A stretch of DNA of 64,000 nt, from the NCBI RefSeq assembly GCF_018350175.1, contig NC_058368.1:231820001-231884000 (forward strand), given 5' to 3'. This DNA is from Felis catus. Its lineage: Eukaryota. Numbering within the stretch: the stretch's first letter is position 1; each line of letters begins with the position of its first letter. The translations under genes were made by a program, and so were the position numbers. This document shows positions 51,027 to 62,763 of this stretch, one piece after another. Under the pieces are notes generated by a model. It ran no database searches, was not told where the DNA came from, and saw only the letters and a list, made by a program, of their open reading frames with translations.

Positions 51027-52397
51027 AAACACATGGGCTGTGATGGTCTGTCCCTTCCGGGTATAAGCCAGTGCAGCCACGGATTGCCAACTGTGCTTGG
51101 GATTCACATGTTTGGAAACCGTCGCACCTGACAAAGCTGGAGAACGCAGAGGTCAAGAGCAGCAAGGGGAGTGAAGAGTCTGCCTTCTGTTCGTCCGTGC
51201 CCTTTGGCACCCGTCTGTCCTCCCAGCTCTTTCCTTCTCCTTAGAGGTTATGGATGCTCTACTGAGTCTAGTTGAACATGCCACCCTCTGCATTTCATGG
51301 TACTTCAGTTCCGGATAACTGTTCTGAAGGCTTCTGTTCCACATGACCCAAGAGAGTGTAAATGCAGTGAGGATCTGGGTACGGAAGTAGCAGAAAGAGG
51401 TTGGAACCCAAAAGACCTTTCAGTTCACAGTCCCCACCTCCCCTTCTTGTGACGCGTTTTAAACAGGACGAATGAATAATTGAAGGCTAACTTCCTACTT
51501 ACTTCCAAATATACCCATGGAATTTTACAAGGATTGACATAGGTGGAGGAGGAGGCCAGTATTTGAAAGCATGTCATTAGTTTATAATTTGAAAAAAAAA
51601 AAAAAAGTCTGGCACCGGTTCAGTAGATGGCTTAACACTATTGGCAGAGGCCTAGAGGTCAGTGTCTGAAATATTCCTGGCACACAGAGCTTGCATGTTT
51701 TATTTCGTTTTAATTGCAGTTTATTAGTGGTAATTTCGGTTCAGTCACTTAGCGTGGAATAAAGGCCACCGTCCTATATCCTGAAGCTGTTGGGAAGGAG
51801 CCGTTCAGCAGGTGGGGGAACAGCCAGGGGGAGAGCGAGCCCCCGGCTGCCCCCTGGGGCCGGCCAGGGGGCATCCTCACCTCTGGGGAAGGTGCTGAGA
51901 AGCCTGGCTGCCAGCGAGAAGGCTGGGGGGACTTTGTTTCAGTAACGTGGGGCAGGAGCAGTGAGAGCGGGGTGGCAGACTGCGGCAAGCAGTTTTCCCC
52001 ACCCAGGGCCTGGCTGCCATCCTCGGGGGGTCCCCAGACTGCGAGATGGCTGACAGCTGCTGGTGCTCTCAGAACTGGGCGGGGGGGGGGCGGGGAGGAC
52101 TTGCCATAGCCACAACCATCTGGATACAGCGCTACGGCAGGCTCAGAACTCAGAAAAGCTGCCCTTCTGCCTCTTTCTGGGGACTTCCAGAAGTGCCAAG
52201 TCTTGCAAATAGAATCACCGTGTCCTGAGAGCTACCTGATCACAAAGGCTTTTCAGACCTCTGGAACTGGGTCCTCCTGAAATCTATAGATGCCTGGCTC
52301 CCCTGTGAAATTGATTTAATACCTGGGAACAGAGGCAAATCATGTAGACTTATTTCGAGGCCCCCCCCCCCCTTATCTTTCTTCTCAGAAGTAAATA

Positions 52398-52723
52398 CAA
52401 TAAACCTTCGGAAAACATGGGGTGGGATTGGGGGCAGTGACCCCTGCCCCCCACACAGTCAAAAATGTGCTAAAAACTTTTGATTCCCCCAAACCTGACT
52501 ACTGATAGCCTTCCGTTGATCAGAAGCCTTACCAAGAACATGAACAGTTGACTAATACGTTCCATATGTATACATATTACATACCGTATTCTTACAATGA
52601 AGTAAGCTAGAGGAGAAAGGTTATCGTGAAAATCCTAAGGAAGGGAAATCTGTATTTACAGAACCGTGCTGTAGTTGTCAACCAGAGAAGCTGTTCAGAC
52701 CCATCGTTGTTCAAGGGTCACCT
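52398..52723. mobile_element. Tigger2/MER8-like TcMar MITE
   Basis: GTATTCTTACAATGAAGTAAGCTAGAG internal motif and terminus GTTGTTCAAGGGTCA. Confidence 0.75.
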
Positions 52724-52779
52724 CACCTGTAGGCGATGCAGTATGTATCATCGCACATGGATACATTTGTTTGTTTCCG

Positions 52780-53290
52780 TGATCTGTGGCTATGCGATGC
52801 ATCATCCCCTAACTTAGTGGCCGAGGACATTCAGTTGTTACTCTCTCTCTCAGTCCTTCACGAGGCTGGGCTCAGCTGGGTGGTTCTCCCCGGGTCTCTC
52901 ACGAGGTGGCCGTCACATCACATGACACAAGGAGGTAGGCTGGCGTCATCAGAGGCTTCCCAGAGCTGGACGTTCAAGATGGGCTCACTCACAGGTCTGG
53001 TACCAGGGGGTCCTTCCGTGTGCCTTCCCTCCTCTTACCCGAAGGCATGGGCTTCCACGGGCAGGAAACACACTCCAGGCCGTTTAAGGCCGTGCCCAGA
53101 GCTGGCAGCGGCTACTTCCGCTGAGCTGCAGCGGTCACGACAGCCCTCGGGCTCGCCCAGATCCCCGGGTAGGAGACATCGAGTGCGTAGTGACGGGCAA
53201 GTGCCAAGGCACGCAGCAGAACATGTGGGACGGGAGATTGTGTGGAGGCCATCTGTGGAAAAGTCCCATCTGCCGCGTCATTCCTCGTGT
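52780..53290 (-). mobile_element. MLT1-family LTR relic
   Basis: AACTTAGTGGC, GGCTGGGCTCAGCTGGGTGGTTCT, CAAGATGGGCTCACTCACA motifs. Confidence 0.6.
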
Positions 53291-54906
53291 GCAGTGTATG
53301 GGAACCAGCAAAAGACATGTGTAATCACTTGCTAAGGTCAATCATACTTGACGTCGTTTCTGTAACGACAGGATTTGGAGGCAAACACACGGATACTTCA
53401 GCAGATACAGCATGCGGATGTCAAACTTACAAATTACAGAATGAACGATCTTTCTTTTTTCATCAAAATGCATTTTTTTTTTTTTTTTTTTTTTTTTGCT
53501 CCACGATGAACATTGCAGGATATCCTTAAATATCAAAGTCCTGTAGCTCTTTCCAGGATGATGATGAGGCAGCACGAATGTCGCGGTTACCGGAGTAGAT
53601 TTGGGATCGGAGTGGCTGGCTTTGTAGCTCAGTTCTAGGAGAATTTGAGGGGCGTCTCAATCTCTCTGCGCCACGCTCTTGTCAGGTCTAAAACGGTAAG
53701 AGCCCTTCCTGCCTGGTAGGCGGTTCTCTGAAGATTAGAGACCGGGGATGCATGTGAATCGCCCGCTCCACAGTGAGCACTTTCCAGTGATAGCAAGTGT
53801 TTGTGTTGTGAATAGAAAGTCTCCTGCCAAGCCCAGGTGTGGGTTAACATCTTCCTCTACTTCAGAGCACAATGCGCAAGGCCCTTGCATCCGCTCCTCC
53901 GGCAGGTCACCTGCCCACGAACGCCCACACAGAGCGGTAGGAGGGAGGTGGGAAGAAAAAGGAAATTGGCCCAAAATAAAAACAGGGCTGGGAATTGTTG
54001 CTTGACTTTGCCAAAAAAGCAAATATCACTTGGTGTTAGGAAAAAGTAAACGGACAGAAAGGCTAGTGATTTCTCCTCGGTGGATGCTGGGTATCTTCCG
54101 CTTTCCCCGGTAGATCCTCTCTGGAGCCTTCTCCAGGCTCGGGAGGTCCAGCTGCGTGGACTGCGTCCCAGGCTTGCTGGCCTCCTCCTTCAGGCTGGCT
54201 TCCTCCCATGGGTGGCCTGGAGGGGCTGAAGGAAGGCTTGCGTCCTGAGGAGGGTGCACGGCTGGCTGCATCCTTCTAAGGCCTCAGTGCCCCCCCCCCC
54301 CCACCGCCCCGCCTCCTCCCAGGCGCCCTTGACGGAGCCCCTCCCGGCTCTCAGAACTGGAAAATGCTCCCTCCGTCCAGCCCAGGAGGCTAAGAGGTGG
54401 TGGTTGAGCTGGCTCAGGCTCAGCGTGGCCTGGGTCCCTCTGAACCCTGGCTATCCCAGCCCCAGAATGATAGCATTGACATCCATTTTCAGTTGGTTTT
54501 GTGACAGCGGCTCCTGCCAGCATGGGGAAGAATGTGAGAAGTTAAAAACTCCATGATCTTTTCTAATGCCTGTGAAGAGCTTTTGAGCCTTGTCTGGCTG
54601 TAGTCACTCCCAGCCCGGTGTGGTAGGTTGGCGTCCCTTATTGGAGTAGTTACATAGTCACATAAAGCTAAGCAGGGGGTGACGCAGATCGTGTGGCTGG
54701 ATATATGATCATATGCTGAAACAGGACCAGAATCCTGGCCACCTGATCGATGACCAGCAGCGTGGAGGGAGGAGGGACCAGGGACGAGAACTTCTAACTT
54801 GAAGTCAAGCCACTCCAGGGCTTCCAGATTGATGACTCTTAGGGAAGAAATTGCTTTGGAGCTTAACTGAGGGCGGACAGTATTTGCTTTAGAAACTCGG
54901 GAGCAT

Positions 54907-55111
54907 GGGGCGCCTGGGTGGCGCAGTCGGTTAAGCGTCCGACTTCAGCCAGGACACGATCTCGCGGTCTGTGAGTTCGAGCCCCGCGTCGGGCTCTGGG
55001 CTGATGGCTCGGAGCCTGGAGCCTGTTTCCGATTCTGTGTCTCCCTCTCTCTCTGCCCCTCCACCGTTCATGCTCTGTCTCTCTCTGTCCCAAAAATAAA
55101 AAAAAAAAAAA
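54907..55111 (+). mobile_element. Young Felis-type Can-SINE
   Basis: Perfect TSD AGAAACTCGGGAGCA at 54891 and 55112. Confidence 0.97.
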
Positions 55112-56105
55112 AGAAACTCGGGAGCAACTGTGTTCTAGGTCAGTCTCTTTAAACTGGATAATTCTTGTCGTGCAAGCTGACATCTTCACAGGGTCGCAGA
55201 ATGCTGGTTTATGTAATTAAATACACTTGTATATGCTATGAATTAGTTTTGATAAAATCAGTAAACTGTATTATTCTGGGACGGCCCTCATAAATGGGGT
55301 CTAAGGTATCCTTAATCTCGGATATGCAAACACATAAATATCTGTTTACGTATTGTTTTATACACATGCATCCCACGTGGCTTTTTAGCTTAATCCTGAA
55401 CTTAAATGTTTGTGTTCTTGGTTAATTGGTGTGTGTGGAGAAGAGGAGGACTGTCCTGACCCAGGCAAATTCCCCCTTCCTTTCAGTATTTATATGACCT
55501 TGGGAAGCATTTGGTAGCAAGAACTTTGCAACTCAACATGCAATACAAGTTGTATAGGAGGTCATGGTTTGGATGAAGTGTGTGGCTTTTAACGAGAAAG
55601 AAGTGTTCCTTTTCCTTGCTTTTCTGGCTATTAATAACCCCGCGGGGGTTCCCAATTTTCTGGAGCTCTGCATAATTTTTAAAATTATAATTCCTACAAT
55701 CATCGGAATAATTATTTTCTTCACAATATGGCCCTATAAAGGACTACCCGGACAGATATTCCAAACAGTACGATCTTTTTTTTTTTTTTTTTGCTCTAGA
55801 TTCAATTATTTCACATGTCTAGAACTCCATCTTCCTGGTATAATGCTTCTGTCATACGGTCGCCCTGCCCTTTCTCAGTCTGCTGTACATGGAATTGCAG
55901 CCTCTCTGAAAACCTTATCAAACTTTTCTCCTTCTCATTCCTCTTCCCTGATGAGTCTCAGCAGAGAGAGTGCCTGGACACAAGGTGGGGGGGGGCATTT
56001 TGGGTTGTCTCAGTGCCTGGGGGGTGCTCCTGGCCTTTGGGGCCCGAGAGCCAGCACAACCATTATTATCTGTTGCCCTCGCTTGAAGAGTCCTGGTACC
56101 TTCTG

Positions 56106-56290
56106 GGGGCGCCTGGGTGGCTCAGTTGGTTGAACGTGAGATTTCAGCTCAGGTCGTGATCTCACAGTTCATGAGTTTGAGCCTCACATCAGGCTTGCTG
56201 CTGTCAGTGCAGAGTACGCGTTGGATCCTCTCTCTGCCCTCCCCCTGCTTGCTTTCTCTCTCTCAAAAACAAACGTTAAAAAAAAAAAAA
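56106..56290 (+). mobile_element. Can-SINE (older)
   Basis: Head GGGGCGCCTGGGTGGCTCAG, A tail; degenerate TSD AGTCC..GTACCTTCT on both sides. Confidence 0.92.
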
Positions 56291-56445
56291 AGTCCCGTAC
56301 CTTCTGGTTCAGAATCCATCTCCTTGTCAAGTCCCAATTCAAACCTGAGCTCCTGGGGAATGCATTGTACCGATTTTCCCTGCTCCTGAAATTCTCTTGC
56401 CTTTGCTGTCACTGCCAGTCATTTCATGTAAAAGTTAGGTGAAAT

Positions 56446-56666
56446 CAAGGGTTCACAAAGGTTTCTTGTAAATGGTCAAACGGCAAATATTTTAGGCTTT
56501 GAGGTCTACATGTCTGTGTCACGACTACTCAGTTGTGCCGTCGTAGTATGAAAATAGCCATTGGCATCGTGCAAAGGGGTGGCATGGCTGTGTTCCGATA
56601 AAACTTTATTTGCACAAATAAGCAGGGGGCCAGATTTGGCCCACAGGCCATAGTTTTTGACCCTTG
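56446..56666. mobile_element. MER58A-like hAT-Charlie MITE
   Basis: Inverted termini CAAGGGTTCACAAA / TTTTTGACCCTTG; AAATATTTTAGGCTTTG, GGCTGTGTTCCGATAAAACTTTATTT, GGCCAGATTTGGCCC. Confidence 0.85.
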
Positions 56667-56967
56667 GCATAAACCATACGAAATAGCTACTTTTGTCTTT
56701 CTAAATGCCCGTTTCGTGTGATTCAAGGTAATAAATATATTGTATGCCTTGTTGTGAATCTCATTATCATCTGAATGTCTCATTTCTACTCCAAACACGT
56801 CTACATCTATCTTATTCTCCCTCTCTGTGTGTTTGGTATCCTTCCATGGGGTCCAGGTCAAACCCTGAAATATTTTGGCCATGCAATAGATACGTATTTA
56901 GTAAGTATTTCAAGTGCAGAACTCTAAACTCAAAATCCCTTCGCTGAAAGAAAACTCATAGTTTATT

Positions 56968-57071
56968 TATTTATTTTTTAAATGGTTTATTTATTTTTGA
57001 GAGAGCACAAGAACCGTGAGGTCATGACCTGAGCTGAAGTGGGCCGCTCCACCGAGTCACCCAGGTGCCCT
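56968..57071 (-). mobile_element. Can-SINE with large internal deletion
   Basis: Head and tail present, middle missing; TSD AAAACTCAT(A/G)GTTTATT at 56951 and 57073. Confidence 0.88.
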
Positions 57072-57225
57072 CAAAACTCATGGTTTATTAAATATTCCCA
57101 TGGTTACCCTGAAAAGTGTTTACGTATATATTTGTCATTACGTTAATAGCGGTTGAGATTTGCTAAGTCCTTATACTGTGGCCAAGGGGATGCTCATTAT
57201 TATTGTTGTGGCTGTTGTTGCCATC

Positions 57226-57612
57226 TGTATTTGTTTCCTAGGGCTCCCACAACGGTCTGAAATCAGGGTGTGGGCAGGATTCCTTCCTTCTGGAGGCTCT
57301 GAGGGAGAATCTGTTCCGTGGCGCTTCCCAGCTTCCGGTGGTTGCCCCCCGTCTTGGTGTTCTTGTTTTGTAGATGCATCACTGCAGGCTCCACCTTAGT
57401 CTCACCATGTGGCATCATCTCTGTGTCTCTTTTTAGAAGGATATTGTAGGTGGCTTAGGGTTCACTCTAATCTGGAATGACCTCATCTTAATTTAACTAA
57501 TAATGACATCTGCAAAAACCTTATTTCCAAATAATGTAACGTTCTGAAGTTGCGGGTAGACACGAATTTTTTGCGGGGGGGGGGGGCACCATTCCACTAG
57601 TCAGCCCAGCGC
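57226..57612 (-). mobile_element. MLT1A/B/C-type MaLR solo LTR
   Basis: TGTATTTGTTTCCTAGGGCT..TTCTGGAGGCTCTGAGGGAGAATCTGTTCC..ACATCTGCAAAAACCTTATTTCCAAATAA. Confidence 0.8.
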
Positions 57613-58835
57613 AGCGTCCGTAAGGCAGTGATACAAAGTTGGCACCTTGCTGGCATCCGGATAGAAGCCCGCACAGTCTGCAGGGAGCTATTCTGCCCCT
57701 AAGGATGGTCCCGAGTTACTCGCTTTGGACCGAGAATGGAGAGTTAAGCTTTTGAGTGCTTAATAATCATTTCTGATTTCAGTTTGCCCGGCAGCCGCTT
57801 CTTCCAGATCAACAGGAGGGTCCACCAGCAGGTGGTTCGATGCAGCAATGATGACAGATCAGTGATAACTCCCCGCAGGAACAGAGCTATGCCGCCTTCC
57901 CTTTGGGCCCTCCTTGTATCCTTTTATACATTTGTGTAATAATTTAGGCACTTAGATTGTGCTTAATGGCTTTGATTTCTGAGGTTTTGTAAACAATTTT
58001 ACATGGTACAGAATGCTTCCACTCAGAGCTAAGATTTGAAAAATATGCTCTGATGGTTTCTCCCTCTAGAAACGTGTACAGTTCCTGCATTTTTATGGGA
58101 TTCGTGAGCATGATTAAGTTGGTCATTTTAGAAATTGAAACCACCTGCTTTTACGAGAGCTGATAGTAAGGGAGCCTCTATCTCTGACGGGACTGTGATA
58201 AGATAAGGTTCTGCAAAAGGAGGTGACATTTAGACATTTAAAATACATTTACTTCTTCTACTCAAATCGTAATTGTCCTTTGTGGGGACTCAGTTTGGCG
58301 ATTACACAGTTCCCTTACGTATGTTTCATTTTTCAATTTCATTTTCCTCTTGAGTGGGAGAGTTAATTCCCATTTTATCTAAATAAAGAACAGATTTCTT
58401 CAGCTTATAATAGATTTTAAACATTCTTGTATTAGCTCTATAAATCAAATCACCTTTATTGCTTACTAATTGCTTTATCTTGTAAAACTGTTTGTATCTT
58501 TATCTTACTTAAGCTCAAAATACGCGTGTGCATAATAGCTTGGAAAAGAAAAAAATTACCTCCAAGAAGCCGCTGTTTAAATAGTGTTAGGCACTGCATC
58601 CGTCCAAACTACACACAAGGCTGTGTAAATTCGATTTCAGCTGAAGACCTGTTCCTTCAAGAACTGTGTAGAATCTCTACAACCAAAACATAAAAGGGAG
58701 AAGCTGAGTTATGTTAAGACGAGTTACTGGAGACCAAATTTAGATTCCACTTTTGCTAAATATCATTAATTACGTAGTTACGATGAACCACCAAGGTGTG
58801 GTTTAACTTTCCAGGTTGAAGTTGTTCATTTGGGG

Positions 58836-59055
58836 GGGGCACCTGGGTGGCTCAGTCATTGGAGCGACCGACTTCGGCTCAGGTCATGATCTCACGGTTT
58901 GTGAGTTCGAGCCCCGCATTAGACTCTGTGCTGACAGCTCAGAGCCTGGAGCCTGCTTCGGATTCTGGGTCTCCCCCTCTCTCTCTGCCCCTCCCCCACT
59001 CATGCTCTGTCTCTCTCTGTCTCAGAAATCAATAAACATTAAAAAAAAAGTTTTA
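58836..59055 (+). mobile_element. Can-SINE (felid type)
   Basis: TSD AAGTTGTTCATTT at 58819 and 59056. Confidence 0.95.
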
Positions 59056-60039
59056 AAGTTGTTCATTTGGGAAATCCGAGAATTAAAGCCCTTTGGGAGA
59101 ATGAGGTTGAGACCTACCTCCCTTTATTTGCTGCCTGCCCATTGTCTTTGCTCCATTTTCTCTTTTGGACCTACAACCTGGATGCTCCAGCGGCCTGAGG
59201 TCATTTACTATGGCAGCCCGATCTTGCCTTTCTCCCCGGAAGTTGTCAGCACCCTTCACGGAGTAATCCGTGCATGGAGATCCTGTGTGAGGCTGGGAAG
59301 GCACCGAGGGGGGGAAGAAGTGAGGTCTGAGGGGAGATTCTGTCCATGGGGATGGGGCCTCTTAGGATGGGAGCCTGTCCGAGCCTGCGTTCTGGGGCTC
59401 TAGGCAGTCTTGGTCCTCAGGGAACAGGTGGAGCCCTCAGGGTCCTCTGTACTTCCAGGGAAGGTGAAGGAAGTCCCAGGGACAGGTGTGGCTGCAGCTA
59501 CCTGAGCGTCTCCTCAGACATCTGCGACTCGACAGGGCCATCATGCAGGCAGACTCACCTGTCACCTCCTCCCTGGAGGATGCCAGGCCCCCTCCTTGGA
59601 GAGGTGACAACCACGGACACGTCAGGGACACAGCGGCGACGCACATTGTTGGTGCAGGGAAGTTCAGAACTCAGCCAAGGCAAAGGAACATTTGAGTTGA
59701 AGAGCTTTCTCACCCGAGACTGGATGGATTGTTGACGTGGAACAGGGAGATTTTCTGGTCACTTGTGGCCCCGAGGGGAAGAGCCAGGATCAGTGAGAGA
59801 AATAAACCTTAATCATGTAGAGTTATAAAGAGGTGGAATGGGCTGGCTTTGAGGCCTCTAATGGGATTGATAAACCACTTGGCAGGAATATGCAGAGAGG
59901 CATTAAATCCTGAATAATTAGCCTCAGGTGTTGTTGCATATTTATCATCAATTTTTGTTGTACTTTGTATTCCAGAGCCATTATTCCTAGCCAGAGGACC
60001 TTTGTATATTTTTAAAGAAAATAAATTAAAAAAAAACCT

Positions 60040-60560
60040 TGGGATACTTTTAGATTTACAGAAAAGTTGCTGAGACACAGCAGAGGGTCCCTGTGTGCTG
60101 TGTGTGCTCCTGCCCTGTTCATGTCTTACGTCCGCGTGGTCCGTGGGCCACAGTGAGAAGCCGGCATCGATGCTCTGTTATCGACCAGGGGCTGGACTGT
60201 ATGTGCGTTTCCTCAGGTTCCGCCTTTTCCACGTCCTTTCTCCGTTCCAGGATTCCGTCTAGAATCCTCCCGTGACGTTTTGTTGTCTTGTCTTGGGTTC
60301 CTCGTGGCTGTGCACTTCCTCAGTCTTGTCCTTGGTTTTGGCGTCCTTGACAGTTGAGTGCTGGTCAGGGAGCTGGCGGAATGTCGCTCGGTTTGGGTTT
60401 GTCTCGTGTCTTTCCCCTGACTAGACTGTAGTTTATGGGTTTGGGGGGGAAGCCCACAGGCGAAGGGCCGTTCCCAAGGCACCTTGTTGGGACCTGCCAT
60501 CAACACCACTTAATGGCTTCATTCACCTGGCCGAGGTCGGGTAAATGTGGCGTAACCAGT
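60040..60560 (-). mobile_element. Ancient L1 (L1M-type) 3' region relic
   Basis: TTTTAGATTTACAGAAAAGTTGC, TCCGTTCCAGGATTCCGTCTAG, TGTAGTTTATGGGTTTGGGGG motifs. Confidence 0.6.
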
Positions 60561-60599
60561 AAATCCAAAGACTGGAGGCACCACAGGTCCTAAGCGGGC

Positions 60600-60950
60600 C
60601 CCACCCTGCTCTGGCCTCTCTCTCTCCCCCCTCCCCTTCCTGAGCCCCTCTGGCTCTCCTTCCCCCTGTGCTGGGTCCAGAGTCCCCTGCGTCCAGAGGC
60701 CACCTCAGTGCCTGCTTTGCCTCGTCCCCACCCCACTTGTGCTGCCTTTTGGCCTGTGGTGTCCCCTTGGGCTCATCCACACGGGCATCCTGCATAGGTT
60801 TGTGGGTTTGCTGGCTGTCTCCTTCCCTGGAGGGTGGGCCCCAAGAGGGTAGGGAGCTTGCTTTCTCCCCTGTATGCTCAGCCCTTTCAAACATGCCTGG
60901 CGCATAGTAGGTGCTCAGGAAGCAGTGAATGGAAAGCAAATGAATGAACG
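60600..60950 (+). mobile_element. L2 3' end fragment
   Basis: TGCCTGGCGCATAGTAGGTGCTCAG..AATGAATGAA. Confidence 0.65.
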
Positions 60951-61131
60951 ATTTGCAGAAAGAAAAGTTATGGCATTTAGACCATGGTCCTCTACCATCA
61001 GAGGTTACGATTTTGGGGTGAACGGAGACCAGTGCCAAGCCATGGTGATGGGCCTTCCTGGGGGACCATTCATGGGCACCCATAGCACTTGGTTTTTTTC
61101 TGCCATCTTTTCTCACGGGATTATGTTTTTA

Positions 61132-61363
61132 TTTATTTATTTCTAATTTTAATTTTTTTTTTAACGTTTATTTATTTTTGAGACAGAGAGAGACAGAGCA
61201 TGAACGGGGGAAGGTCAGAGAGAGGGAGACACAGAATCTGAAACAGGCTCCAGGCTCTGAGCTGTCAGCACAGAGCCCGACGCGGGGCTCCAACTCATGA
61301 ACTGCGAGATCATGACCTGAGCCGAAGTCGGCCGCTTAGCCGACAGAGCCACCCAGGCGCCCC
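61132..61363 (-). mobile_element. Can-SINE (felid type)
   Basis: TSD TCTCACGGG(A/C)TTATGTTTTTA at 61111 and 61365. Confidence 0.96.
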
Positions 61364-62720
61364 ATCTCACGGGCTTATGTTTTTACAGCTGTGGTGTTTT
61401 TCAGACACCCCATTTATCTCTAGCACTTTCCTTCATAAAAGTCTGAACTCTCGGTTCCTGTATGCGTTGTGACTGTATTTGCAGAGGCACCTTGTCTCTG
61501 AGGGTTAAAACGGGTTTCGAGCAGGGAAACGCATCAGAATCCATCAGAAACGTACCATTAGAGTAGAAGGAAAGGTGTCACGTAGTCGAGGTAATGAATG
61601 ATGGATTAAAATGCCGTGATGATCTGATAGAAGGCACCGAAAAGCCTTCAGATTCGTAGGCCTGAAAAACCAGCCTGTGCTTGTCTTCGCATGACCCTAG
61701 CTGTCTTAGCAGGCCTCACATGGTCTCCGTGTGTGTGGCCTTAGCACTCTTACTATGATCTTAGTACGGTTTTAGTGTGGTCTGTGCTGTCTTAGCCCCT
61801 GATGGTTGCAGAGCTTAATTGTGTGGGTTTTGCGGTAGTTTGTAGTTCCGGCTTGCTAGTCCTTGCCTTCAGCGCATGTATGGCCATTGGATACGTATCT
61901 AAAGACTTTTTCCTTCTCCTAAGACAGAGAGTGCTCAGTGGCAAACCCCTAAAAGGCTTTGTTTCAGCATTAACTATGTGGCTAGAGCAAATAAAAGAGC
62001 AAATCAGGGAATTAGCACCAAACTAAAACGACACTGGCTTGGTCAAGCCGCTGGCTCAGGCTCTTCTTGTGTTTTGGTGACGGGAAACTTTTTCTCACTT
62101 TGCAGACCCAGAGTTGAACACTGGGAAGTTCAGGACTGTTATTCTTCCCTAATGCCACGTAAAACAGTAGCTTGAAACTTCAAGTTTTTTGGTTGATAGT
62201 CCCATCAACAACGTGCGATGCTCAAAGTAGAATGCAAACATTTGACTCTGAAACGTCTTGGCGTTCGTTTTAGGTTTGAGTTGAAAGTCGGACGGTTGCT
62301 TTACAAAAAGCCACGGCCAGGAATGGCTGTGCAGACAATGTCAGCTTTTATTTGCACACTCTGTCAGTGCCTAATAACACGGTGATAATTAGCAGTGACA
62401 TGTTTTACAGAGAAAGGAGGGAAACCTAGGACCGACACACAAAGTGAGGCAAAAACTCACATAAATACACTAGGAAGAATGGAATTCAACTTTATATTTA
62501 TGTGCTTATAATATGCCATAGTTATTAATTTAACCCTGAGAGTAGTAATTCAAGTAGCAGCTGCCCCCAAATGAGCTTTCATTTATCAAGCTCAAAAAAT
62601 ATTTTCTACTCTCGTGTGGAATGAAAAAAAGTAGGTGAAAGATAAACATGTCATTCTGGGCTATAAAAACATCATGGAGACTCATATTTAAAATTGTTTT
62701 TACCTCCTGCTGTGATTCAG

Positions 62721-62722
<2 letters not shown>

Positions 62723-62758
<36 letters not shown>
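62723..62758. repeat. (TC)18 microsatellite
   Basis: Read directly from sequence. Confidence 0.95.

Positions 62759-62763
<5 letters not shown>

Noticed and set aside
55564..56133. 189-aa ORF with a hydrophobic N-terminus
   Set aside because: Hydrophobicity comes from T-rich intronic DNA; the frame runs through a poly-T tract and into a SINE; no splice structure.
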